Below the pieces are notes generated by a model. The model saw only the letters and a list, made by a program, of their open reading frames with translations. It searched no databases and was not told the origin of the DNA. Positions 40,775-50,349 of a DNA stretch of 64,000 nt are shown piece by piece. Location: NCBI GenBank assembly GCA_048885525.1, contig JBHLLP010000006.1, positions 51,247-115,246 of the forward strand. The letters run 5' to 3'. The DNA is from Candidatus Hermodarchaeota archaeon (GTDB taxonomy: Archaea; Asgardarchaeota; Lokiarchaeia; Sigyniarchaeales; SOKP01). Made by a program: the position numbers and the translations under genes. The first letter of the stretch is position 1. Each line of letters begins with the position of its first letter.

Positions 40775-41574
40775 TAAATTTTCATTTTAAAAGACGCACG
40801 TAATTTTTTTATGATCTCATTAACGGAAGTATCTTGTTCAGTTAATCTTAAAAATACATCTTCTAAACTAGCACCAATCTTATTCGCTTGCTTCCTTAAT
40901 TCTTCTAATGTTCCGATTCCGACCATTTTACCTTTATGGATGATTCCTATTCGATCACATAATTCTTGAGCAATCTCCATAATATGTGTTGAAAAAAGCA
41001 CTGAACCCCCGCTCTGTGTGTGAATATCCAATATAGATTTAACAACTCTTACAGATTTCGCATCTAGACCTGCAATTGGCTCATCTAAAATAAGCAAATC
41101 TGGCTCATGGAGTATTGCGGCAATAATTTGTAATTTTTGTTTATTGCCATGGGATAATGTAGCAATTAATTGATCATAATATTCAATTGCTTCTAAACTC
41201 TCCATATATTCTCTTGCAAGTTCTGTAGTCCTTAATTCATCTAATCTACGGACAGATGCTATAAAATTAAATAAATCTTTTGGCGTTAATGATTTGAATA
41301 TTAAAGGTTCCTCACTTACATACCCTATACGGCGTTTTATTTCAACTTCGTCACGCTCTGGGTTCATTCCAAAAACACTCATTTCTCCTTCATTCGGTTC
41401 AAGGAGTCCTAATAGAAGCTTTATGGTAGTTGTTTTTCCCGCACCATTGGGGCCTAAAAGACCGAATACTTCACCTTGTTGAACATTAAAAGAAATACCA
41501 TCAACAGCTTTAACATCTCCAAAATATTTCTTTAAATCTTTAACAACAATTATTTCATGATTAGACATTTTCAT
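40774..41574 (-). CDS. ABC transporter ATP-binding protein
   Basis: GPNGAGKTT, LSHG, ILDEP, STH. Confidence 0.92.
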   Translation of the reverse strand: MKMSNHEIIVVKDLKKYFGDVKAVDGISFNVQQGEVFGLLGPNGAGKTTTIKLLLGLLEPNEGEMSVFGMNPERDEVEIKRRIGYVSEEPLIFKSLTPKDLFNFIASVRRLDELRTTELAREYMESLEAIEYYDQLIATLSHGNKQKLQIIAAILHEPDLLILDEPIAGLDAKSVRVVKSILDIHTQSGGSVLFSTHIMEIAQELCDRIGIIHKGKMVGIGTLEELRKQANKIGASLEDVFLRLTEQDTSVNEIIKKLRASFKMKI

Positions 41575-41775
41575 TCATTAAAGTAGATATTTGAACATAA
41601 ATTTTATTAAAAAATAATTATATATTTCTTTATATACTTTCATATATCACTATATTTAAATGTTGTGGATTGAACCTCAATAATGGTTAATATGCTGAAT
41701 CCTATGGATTTTAAGTACTTTTATAATATATATAGATATATATTTGATCTTTTCTAGCTTAAAAACGTTCTATTC

Positions 41776-42723
41776 TTATTTCTTTTTCTCATTCATAATT
41801 ATTATTATTGAAATTATTATTAGAATTGTCCCCAACAAATGGGCAATTGTGAAATTCTCTCCAAGAATTAGGCTGGCAAAAATAGCGGAAGAAATGGGTG
41901 TTGGAGCTAATAATATAGTAGCTTTAGACACATCTAAGTAAGATAATGTTAAATACCAACATACTAAACCTGATCCATAAACAGCACCCATTGTAAAAAA
42001 AAACAATATATTATGAGGTTCAATGAAAATTCTCAAATCTGGTGTAAAAAAAATAAAGTAAGTTGATATTAAAATCATACCAGAAATAAAATTCCTGATA
42101 AATACCATCTGTATAGGTGTTGCTTCATCTCTATTAAATATAGGTTTAGTTAAAGTATGACCTAGCATCCATAGAAAAGTAATTCCCAACAAAATTGCTA
42201 CTCCACTTAAAATTGAGTCATTAATATTTATTAAAGTAAAAAATTGAGTAATACTTATCGCTAATCCGAGAAATAATACAACTGAAAAAATTATTTGTAG
42301 TTTTGTGATTCTTTCTTTTAATAAAAAATAGCCTAAAATTATCCCAAAAAATACTGTGGTTTTTTGTGTCAATGATCCATTGATTGCTCCAGCCAAGGAA
42401 TATCCTATGAAGAAAAATACTTGATTTAATCCAAAAAGTAAACCAATAAAGATTAATAACCAAAAATTATTTTTCCACCCCTTAATATAATGTGATCTAT
42501 TATTTTCCTTTTCAAGATATATTTTTTGTTTGTTTGAATTCATTGCTTTAAATTCAATCAACATTATGGGGAAAAATATCATAGTTTCAACTAAACAAGT
42601 CATCGCTCCTGAGAGATATGCATCAATCGCTATTGGTCTTAAAAGAGCAACTATTGGCTGTAAACCTACAAAAATAATACCAATAAAACCAGTAATAAGA
42701 CCTTTCTTTATATTCTTATCCAA
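41776..42723 (-). CDS. DMT/EamA family transporter
   Basis: 10 TM helices, two repeats (LLKERIT; ILGENFT). Confidence 0.82.
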   Translation of the reverse strand: MDKNIKKGLITGFIGIIFVGLQPIVALLRPIAIDAYLSGAMTCLVETMIFFPIMLIEFKAMNSNKQKIYLEKENNRSHYIKGWKNNFWLLIFIGLLFGLNQVFFFIGYSLAGAINGSLTQKTTVFFGIILGYFLLKERITKLQIIFSVVLFLGLAISITQFFTLININDSILSGVAILLGITFLWMLGHTLTKPIFNRDEATPIQMVFIRNFISGMILISTYFIFFTPDLRIFIEPHNILFFFTMGAVYGSGLVCWYLTLSYLDVSKATILLAPTPISSAIFASLILGENFTIAHLLGTILIIISIIIIMNEKKK

Positions 42724-42964
42724 TTTAATAATGAATATGTTTTAGCGATTTTAAACCTTTATTTTAATAAAAAAATGAGAATTTTTTGGGTACTTCTAAC
42801 ACACTTTTATAAATAATTTAAAGCAAAAGTGATAGATTTTCTTCTCTCCGAAATAGTTATTCATTGGATGTTTTTTATTATTCAATCATAATCACCAATA
42901 TAAGGCAAAATTTAATATATTAGGATAATTTAAAAAAAGAACTTATTTTGTTAAAAGGAAGTGA

Positions 42965-43786
42965 GTGAAAATTTCTACCAATTTCGCGATTATTACAAAA
43001 GATCTCACAAAAAAATTTGGTGATCTAGTAGCAGTAAATAATCTAAATTTAAAAATTCCATATGGTAAAACTTATGGTTTATTAGGCCCTAATGGAGCTG
43101 GTAAAACTACCACGGTAAGAATGCTAAACGCTATAATCTCTCCTACTAGTGGGACTGCGGAGGTAGTTGGATATGATATTATAAGTCAAAGTAAAGAAGT
43201 TAAAATAAATTGTGGTTTTTTACCAGAATCACCAGGATTATATCAAAAGTTAACAGCGAAGGAATTCTTGGAATTTGTAGGTGAGTTATATTATCTTCCA
43301 AAAGCAATTATCTCTACCCGTATTGAAGAATTATTAGATATTTTTGATTTGCAAGGGCGTGAAAATGATCTTTTAGAAGGATATTCAAGAGGTATGAAAC
43401 AAAAAGTTTGTCTATGCGCGGCTTTAATACAAGATCCTAAAATAATCTTTTTAGATGAACCAACTTCTAATCTGGATCCTGCTGCTGCAAGAATGGTAAA
43501 AGATCTAATATATGATCTCTCTAAGAAGGCTGATAAAACCATCTTCATTTGTACTCATCTCCTTGATGCAGCAGAAGAATTATGCGACTTAATAGGGATT
43601 ATCGACAAAGGAGAATTAAAAGTAGAGGGAAGCCCTAAAGAAATTATTAATTCTGTTGGATCAAAAGATTTAGAGGGAGCATATCTGGAAATAATGGGAG
43701 TTTCTAAAATTGAAGATTTATTAGCTTGGAGAGAAGAATTACCAGATAAGATTGAGAAAGATAAAAAGAAAAAAAAGAAAAAATAG
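42965..43786 (+). CDS. ABC transporter ATP-binding protein
   Basis: GPNGAGKTT, YSRGMKQ, FLDEPT; poly-Lys C-terminus. Confidence 0.92.
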   Translation: MKISTNFAIITKDLTKKFGDLVAVNNLNLKIPYGKTYGLLGPNGAGKTTTVRMLNAIISPTSGTAEVVGYDIISQSKEVKINCGFLPESPGLYQKLTAKEFLEFVGELYYLPKAIISTRIEELLDIFDLQGRENDLLEGYSRGMKQKVCLCAALIQDPKIIFLDEPTSNLDPAAARMVKDLIYDLSKKADKTIFICTHLLDAAEELCDLIGIIDKGELKVEGSPKEIINSVGSKDLEGAYLEIMGVSKIEDLLAWREELPDKIEKDKKKKKKK

Positions 43787-43799
43787 TAACTGGATAATA

Positions 43800-45395
43800 A
43801 TGGCTCTTTGGAAAACGATAGCTAAAAATGAAATTAGGCTTAGAACTAATAAGTTTCGAAACCATCGACTTCTATTTTTTATACTATTATACTCCTTTTT
43901 TATTATTTGGGCTTTTATATTGGCTCCAATGCTATTTGATCTATTTATGCCTACACTAGCGGAGGCAATTGATGAAATTAATTTAGCAGTTGCTTTAATT
44001 ATTGAATATGTATTGATGATTTTCTTTTTATCCGTTTTTATTTATCCTCTAAACAGTATTTATAGAAAAATTGAAATAGGTTTCAAAGAAATTATATTGG
44101 CATCACCAGCTACTCCAGGTGACATTTTTTTAGGAGAATTCATAGGAAAATTACCAATTTTTTTGGGAGGCGTTTTAATCTTTACTCCAATAATAACAGG
44201 AATGCTCAACCCTATTATTAATTTGAATACAATTCAATATATCATTATTTATGCATGTGTACTTGGATTAGTTTTGTTTGCAACATTGTTAGGATCCATA
44301 GTTGCCGCATGGCTAGAACATAAGATAGCAAAAAGCGATCGAGCAAAAGATTGGGGAAGGATTCTCTTATTTCTCCTTTCTATTGCTATGATAGCAATGG
44401 TGTATATTCTTCAATTTTTATTTGAATATCTTATATCACATCCAGAATTAAGAAATTGGGTAATTTTTTATCCTTCTTTATGGTTTTCTAATATAATATT
44501 ATATTTTATTGACCCTAGCTTGATAAGTACATATATCTTAAACATCTGGTTTAGTATTTCCCTGATTATAATTATTCCTCTTATAATATTTTTGATAGCT
44601 TATAAAAAAGCTGATACTTTTTTTACTGTAGAGGGAGCTATTGAAAAAGTATCTTTAGTGATAAAACGAGAAAATACATTTTATAAGATAATCAGGAAAG
44701 TAACAGGGCATAAATGGGAAGGATTAGTTATAACTCAATTTAAGGAGTTTTTAAGAAGAAGGGAAAGTATTATGAAGTTTGCATATTTAATTGGATTTGT
44801 AAGTATCTTAGGGATATTTTTCTCAACTTTTGGATTAGATCAATTAATTGGTCAATCAATATTAATAGCAATGATTATCATTATTGGTGGAATAATGTAT
44901 GGTTTACTGTTTGGAAGCTATATTTTTGTTGGGAGTAAGGATTTAATTTGGGTATATAAACGAAGTCCTCGAAATATTCGCGCTTTAGTTTATTCTTATC
45001 TTTTAGCAATGTTCATATTTAATATATTAATGTCATTAGGACTTACAATTTTCTTCAGTTTTTTTCTTGACTTTGATCTTTTTAATATAATATTTTTCTT
45101 TAGTTTTTATTTGATAAATTGTGAAGTAGTTATTGCTCAAGCTGTTGGAATACAATGTTTAAGCCCTGCATTTGAGGAAAAAGGAAGTTCTATGACATAT
45201 AATAATCTTATTCTGATTGTGCTTCAGATGTTTCCTCTTCAATTCATACTAATGTTTATTATACTTCTATTCCCCGTTCCATCTTCTCCAATTTTAGCGC
45301 GATTCCACTATCTAATGCCATTATTGTTAATTTCTATAGCAAGTGCGATTCCACTTTTAATTTTTGGGTTAAGGAAATTAAGTAAAATAGAATAA
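43800..45395 (+). CDS. ABC-2-type permease-like membrane protein
   Basis: Multi-TM; likely ATG start at 43800 (MALWKTIAKNE) just after the ATPase gene. Confidence 0.75.
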   Translation: MALWKTIAKNEIRLRTNKFRNHRLLFFILLYSFFIIWAFILAPMLFDLFMPTLAEAIDEINLAVALIIEYVLMIFFLSVFIYPLNSIYRKIEIGFKEIILASPATPGDIFLGEFIGKLPIFLGGVLIFTPIITGMLNPIINLNTIQYIIIYACVLGLVLFATLLGSIVAAWLEHKIAKSDRAKDWGRILLFLLSIAMIAMVYILQFLFEYLISHPELRNWVIFYPSLWFSNIILYFIDPSLISTYILNIWFSISLIIIIPLIIFLIAYKKADTFFTVEGAIEKVSLVIKRENTFYKIIRKVTGHKWEGLVITQFKEFLRRRESIMKFAYLIGFVSILGIFFSTFGLDQLIGQSILIAMIIIIGGIMYGLLFGSYIFVGSKDLIWVYKRSPRNIRALVYSYLLAMFIFNILMSLGLTIFFSFFLDFDLFNIIFFFSFYLINCEVVIAQAVGIQCLSPAFEEKGSSMTYNNLILIVLQMFPLQFILMFIILLFPVPSSPILARFHYLMPLLLISIASAIPLLIFGLRKLSKIE

Positions 45396-45405
45396 AACAA
45401 AACTT

Positions 45406-46830
45406 CTATAAATTTTTAAGTGCAATTTTCTCTAATTCCCTTGATAATCTTTCTTCAATAGGATGTATGGAGGATTTGCCCAATAATTTGGATGATTCTT
45501 CTTTAGCTCTTTTTCTAGCAGATTTAGAACCGCTTTGCTTCCATGAATCTCGTGTCATTCTATCTATTATAGGACTGGGGAGGAACAATTCTTTCCTAAA
45601 GTATTTCAAGGTTGATGGATGGGATAAAAGTTCTTCTTTCTCCTCATAGTCTTTTAATATTTCTGAAGCAAAGGGAGATCCATGATCTTCAATGCCTTGA
45701 ACTAATCTTTTGACCATCCCAACGATTTCATTATCAATAATTAATTTTTCAATACTTTGTGTTGATTCAAAATCCAGCATTCCGGGACCTGAAACCATAT
45801 TAATTCCTGCTAATCCTGCTAACAATGCTCCCATACCAGCTTCAAAACCAGCTTGACTATCAGGTACTTTAGAGTCGCTAAGCGACATATATGCATGAGT
45901 GGGCAAATTTAAGAACTTTCCCATCTCAATATCCCCTAGATTAATCATCATCGTTTCTATGGCGCCCATCGGAGTCGTTCCTGTTTTCATATCAAAAACA
46001 GCAGGAGATCCCCCCCAAATCAAAGGAGCACCTCGCTTGATTAACTGAACTATTACAATTCCTGCAAGACATTCGGCACAGTGTTGAGTAATCGATCCAA
46101 TCAATGTAATTGGAGCATTAGCTCCTGCTAAAGGCATTGAAACAAATTCAGAAGGGATCATGCTTTTCGCGGCATCGATCAATGATTGTGTAGTTAAATC
46201 CGACCATTTAAGAGGTGAGCTTGGACATGCATCAAAAATAGCTAGTGGTTTTCTAGCTAAATCTTCTTCAGATAATCTACATGCTAAAAGAATTTCTCTC
46301 ATAATCGAAAAACTCTCTTTACGAAATGTTCCCGTTACAACTGGTTTATAACAATTAGCTAAAGCTATATATAACCTATGCCAGTCTTGAGCTTCTTTTG
46401 GAACGTCTTGATAAATTAAAGCAGTACTTTGAGCATCTATATATTTTAATTGCTCAACAACTTTGGAAAATCTCATGAAATCATTGGACATTGCTTCACG
46501 AATATCTCCTGTTTCCTCATCAAGTATGAAAATTGCCGCTGATCCAGGATCAAAATTAACATTATCTCCCTTTAGGGAAATATGTTCATTACCATCTCGA
46601 TCATAAAGAGTAATTTCACTAGGAACTGTTTTTAGGCATTTGTCAATCAAATCTAAGGGTATAAAAAAACGTGAACCATCATGATTTATGCCATGTTGAT
46701 TAAACAAATTGATTGCTTCGTGATTTTCTATGAAAACTCCTTGAGTTTCGAGGATTGTTTTTGCTTCCTCTAATATCATTTTTTTATGGTCATTATCCAA
46801 TATGTCTATCTTTGGTCTAATAATTTGCAT
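45406..46830 (-). CDS. Trimethylamine methyltransferase (MttB superfamily), non-pyrrolysine
   Basis: SSPL, P.AGANAP.TL.G, SDSKVPD.QAG.E, GML; Leu at the Pyl-equivalent position. Confidence 0.85.
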   Translation of the reverse strand: MQIIRPKIDILDNDHKKMILEEAKTILETQGVFIENHEAINLFNQHGINHDGSRFFIPLDLIDKCLKTVPSEITLYDRDGNEHISLKGDNVNFDPGSAAIFILDEETGDIREAMSNDFMRFSKVVEQLKYIDAQSTALIYQDVPKEAQDWHRLYIALANCYKPVVTGTFRKESFSIMREILLACRLSEEDLARKPLAIFDACPSSPLKWSDLTTQSLIDAAKSMIPSEFVSMPLAGANAPITLIGSITQHCAECLAGIVIVQLIKRGAPLIWGGSPAVFDMKTGTTPMGAIETMMINLGDIEMGKFLNLPTHAYMSLSDSKVPDSQAGFEAGMGALLAGLAGINMVSGPGMLDFESTQSIEKLIIDNEIVGMVKRLVQGIEDHGSPFASEILKDYEEKEELLSHPSTLKYFRKELFLPSPIIDRMTRDSWKQSGSKSARKRAKEESSKLLGKSSIHPIEERLSRELEKIALKNL

Positions 46831-46857
46831 TTATTTATTCTCCTGAATTTTTTATTT

Positions 46858-47736
46858 TTAAAGAGAATCAATAACTTTGCGAATCTCTCTAATTGTTATT
46901 GGGGAAGTTCCACAACAGCCTCCAACGATTTTTACTCCTAATTCAATCATTTTACGTATATCATTAGCAAAATCGTCAACAGGTTGCTCATAATAAGTCT
47001 TCTCTTCTCTAACTATAGGCTGACCCGCATTAGGCTTTATAGAAAATGGTTTATCTGTGAAATCTTTAGCATTCTTTAATAAATCAAGCATATCACTGGA
47101 ACCTAATGTACAATTTGCTCCAATTACATCTATTTTTTCATGGTTCAACGCTTTTATACATTTTTCTAAGGAGTCTCCCATAATTGTAAAAAAACCTTTT
47201 TTAGTTTTTTTATATGTCATTGAGGAAATTAAAGGTTTCTTAGAGATATCACGAACAGCTCTAATTGCTGTAATCATTTCCTCAAGATCTGAAATTGTCT
47301 CAATGTGCCAAAGATCAACTCCTTTTTCTAATAATTTTGCTTGGGTTAAGAAACTCGAATACCATTCTTTACTTGACGCATTTCCTACAGGAGGTCTAAA
47401 TTCTCCAGTTGGGCCGATATCGCCAACAATTAAATTTCCAGAAGGGCATGCTTTTTTTATATTATCCAAAGCTTTCTCAATAATTTCATTTATTCTATCT
47501 TCTAGATTATGACGTCGCAAATTTAATGGTGTTGAGCCAAAAGTATTTGATTGACACATATCTGAGCCTGCATCATAATAAGATTTATGAATTTCTACAA
47601 TTACGTCTGGTTTTTCAATGTTTAAGAGATCTGGGAGTTTTCCCGGTTCTAGTCCTCTTTTGATGAGTTCCGTTCCCATACCACCATCAAATAGTATAAT
47701 CTTAGAATCATCTTTTAACCAATTTTGAAATATCAT
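46858..47736 (-). CDS. Homocysteine S-methyltransferase domain protein (MetH N-terminal module)
   Basis: FDGGMGTEL, GDIGPTG, GANC, PNAG, GGCCGT. Confidence 0.88.
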   Translation of the reverse strand: MIFQNWLKDDSKIILFDGGMGTELIKRGLEPGKLPDLLNIEKPDVIVEIHKSYYDAGSDMCQSNTFGSTPLNLRRHNLEDRINEIIEKALDNIKKACPSGNLIVGDIGPTGEFRPPVGNASSKEWYSSFLTQAKLLEKGVDLWHIETISDLEEMITAIRAVRDISKKPLISSMTYKKTKKGFFTIMGDSLEKCIKALNHEKIDVIGANCTLGSSDMLDLLKNAKDFTDKPFSIKPNAGQPIVREEKTYYEQPVDDFANDIRKMIELGVKIVGGCCGTSPITIREIRKVIDSL

Positions 47737-47763
47737 ATTTTTTTCCCTCGAAATATCGAATTT

Positions 47764-48420
47764 TTATTTTCCTATTAAAGATTTAACTAATTTTACAGCA
47801 TCAATAGCATTCTCAGCAAATCCATCAGCATTGCATTCTTTTACCCATGCACTTGTCACAGGAGCGCCACCAAAAATTACCTTAAATTTATCTATTAAAC
47901 CCCTTTCTTTTAATACACTTATAACTTTCTTTTGACCAATCATTGTAGTTGTTAAAAGAGCAGAAACACCAATTATATCTACATTTTTCTCTATTGCTTC
48001 ATCAACAATTTTTTCAACTGGTACATCAGCTCCTAAATCAAAAACCTCATAACCATATGCTCTTAGCATTGTAGCTACAATAGTTTTTCCAATTGAATGA
48101 ATATCTCCTTCAATTGTAGCAATTATAACTTTACCTTGACTGACATTTTTTAATCCTTTTTGAAGATGTGGTATTAATATATCTAAACATTTTTGCATTA
48201 TTTGTGCTCCTCTCATCAACTCTGGTAAGAAGAATTCACCTTCTTCCCATAGCTCTCCAACTTTCCGAATTCCTGCTGCAAATCCCTTCTCTATCACTTC
48301 AAGTAGATTCATTTCTTTTTTTAATACCTCGTTTGCTAAATTAACAGCGTCTTCCTCTTCTAAATTTACAATCGAATCTACTATATTCCTAAATATATAA
48401 TCTTCAGCCAAGCTAACCAT
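47764..48420 (-). CDS. Corrinoid (B12-binding) protein, MttC/MtbC-like
   Basis: GDIHSIGK, SALLTTT, FGGAPV. Confidence 0.88.
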   Translation of the reverse strand: MVSLAEDYIFRNIVDSIVNLEEEDAVNLANEVLKKEMNLLEVIEKGFAAGIRKVGELWEEGEFFLPELMRGAQIMQKCLDILIPHLQKGLKNVSQGKVIIATIEGDIHSIGKTIVATMLRAYGYEVFDLGADVPVEKIVDEAIEKNVDIIGVSALLTTTMIGQKKVISVLKERGLIDKFKVIFGGAPVTSAWVKECNADGFAENAIDAVKLVKSLIGK

Positions 48421-48531
48421 TCCTCGATTCCAGTTAAATCTATATAAAATTCTTTGTTTTGTGATTTAAATATATTATTTGATAAAATAAATGAAGTTAT
48501 TTATTTCTTAAAAGAATAAAAAAAATATTAA

Positions 48532-48912
48532 TTATAGAATCGCAATAGCATCTATTTCGAGCAATATTCCCGTTAATGGTAAATTTGAGACTTCTACAGT
48601 AGATCTTGCCGGAAATCTATCAGTTACACCATTTTCCTCAAAGAATTTTTTATAAGCTTTATTCATTTCTTCGAAATCCTTGATATTTTTCAGGAAAATA
48701 GTAATTTTTACAATACTTGAAACCTTCCCACCCGCAGCTTCTACTATTTTTTTTATACTTTCTAGGGTTGTTTGCGTTTGTTCTTTTATTTCTGTTGTAC
48801 CTTGAGCTGGTCCTTGACCTGATACAAAAAGCAAATTTCCAGCTTTTAAAGCTGGAGAATATGGGCCTACTACAGTAGCACCCTCTGGAAAAATTTTCTC
48901 AATATCAACCAT
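48532..48912 (-). CDS. RidA/YjgF family protein
   Basis: GPYSPA, VSGQ, PARS, EIDAIA. Confidence 0.9.
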   Translation of the reverse strand: MVDIEKIFPEGATVVGPYSPALKAGNLLFVSGQGPAQGTTEIKEQTQTTLESIKKIVEAAGGKVSSIVKITIFLKNIKDFEEMNKAYKKFFEENGVTDRFPARSTVEVSNLPLTGILLEIDAIAIL

Positions 48913-48934
48913 AATTTATTTTAACCTCCTTTTA

Positions 48935-50023
48935 TTAATAATTTTTACCTCTTGCTAGAATATCCCACCTTCCAAGAACTTCACCGTCTTTGACAACAGT
49001 AAAAAAATCGTATAAATTTACAGTCGTACAAATATGACTGGGATATAGTTCTATTTTTTGACCTATTTCAAAACTATCTGTTTGACCTATTCTTATAATT
49101 GAGTGTTCTTCTGTCATAACTCTGATTTTACTTTTTGGGTAATTTTTGAAAACTGGATTTCCGCTATCATTTGTTGCTGCTTTTAATCCAGCATCGATAC
49201 TATATACCCGTTTTCTAGGATTATTAGTTACTGTACTTAAAACAGTAGCAGCTATATCAAATTCTGGAGAAACTCTGTGGTAATGTTCATCATTGAAAAT
49301 ATAAGTACCAGGTTGAAGCTCAGTAACTCCATCATATTTTGCTGAAAAGCTATAAGTTACAGTATTACTTGCAGTTAGATATGTAATATTGAATCCATTT
49401 GTATTAAGAAGATCTCTTGTTTCTACCAATAATTTCATACTTTCTTCAGTTTGTTTTTTTCTTAAATCAGGATCGATTACAGATGTTAAATGACCCTCAT
49501 ATCCTTGAAGTCCAACTAAATTTAAATTTGGTCTTTCTTTAATTAGATTAGCAAATTTCAAAGCTGCTTCTCCAGGCTGTACGCCATTTCTTCCCAAACC
49601 TACATCTACTTCAAGTAAAACTTCTAAGTTAAGTCCTTCTTTAGAGGCAATTTTATTTAAATCTATAATATTCTTTTCAGAATCAACACATACTCTAACA
49701 AGATTTTTTTTATTTAATTCCACTAATCTATTAATTTGATTTAACTCAATAACCTCATTAGCAATTAAGATATCATGAAATCCATGTTCTGCAAATATTT
49801 CAGCCTCTCCGACTCTTGCTACGCATATCCCACTTGCACCCGCTTTAAGTTGCATCATACCAATCTTAGGACACTTATGGGTTTTAACATGAGGTCTTAG
49901 ACTAACATTGTTGGCCTTAGCAAATTTTGCCATAGTTTCAATATTTTTCTTCATAAGGTTATAGTCCACGATAAGAGCTGGTGTGGATATTTCATCTTTC
50001 CAATTTTCTTCCAAGAATAACAA
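48935..50023 (-). CDS. DSD1/D-threonine aldolase family PLP-dependent enzyme (5' end uncertain)
   Basis: TPALIVD, LRPHVKTHK, GYEGH, EEH, PSHICTTVN. Confidence 0.85.
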   Translation of the reverse strand: MLFLEENWKDEISTPALIVDYNLMKKNIETMAKFAKANNVSLRPHVKTHKCPKIGMMQLKAGASGICVARVGEAEIFAEHGFHDILIANEVIELNQINRLVELNKKNLVRVCVDSEKNIIDLNKIASKEGLNLEVLLEVDVGLGRNGVQPGEAALKFANLIKERPNLNLVGLQGYEGHLTSVIDPDLRKKQTEESMKLLVETRDLLNTNGFNITYLTASNTVTYSFSAKYDGVTELQPGTYIFNDEHYHRVSPEFDIAATVLSTVTNNPRKRVYSIDAGLKAATNDSGNPVFKNYPKSKIRVMTEEHSIIRIGQTDSFEIGQKIELYPSHICTTVNLYDFFTVVKDGEVLGRWDILARGKNY

Positions 50024-50349
50024 CTACTTGATAAATTTACTAATCTTGAGATAAATAAAGTGGAATTGCAATTAAATTTAATCTAGAGCCAAAATCTTGG
50101 CTCCTTATCATTTTTTCTTTTATAAATATAAATTTTAACTGAATTAGAAGATTTAAAGAATTACATTTAGTATATCTGAATTTTCACTTGTCTATTGAAA
50201 AATTAATATCATATTATTAAATGTAATAAGCTAAGAATTTGGATATTCGAATAGAGTGTTTTAATGGTTGAATTAAAATGATCGAAAAAATTATTTGTCA
50301 ATATTCTTTTTAATTTTTAATTAATATTGAATAGAAATTATGTGATTTA

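Noticed and set aside
45406-46830. Pyrrolysine recoding in MttB
   Set aside because: No in-frame TAG; Leu occupies the equivalent position.
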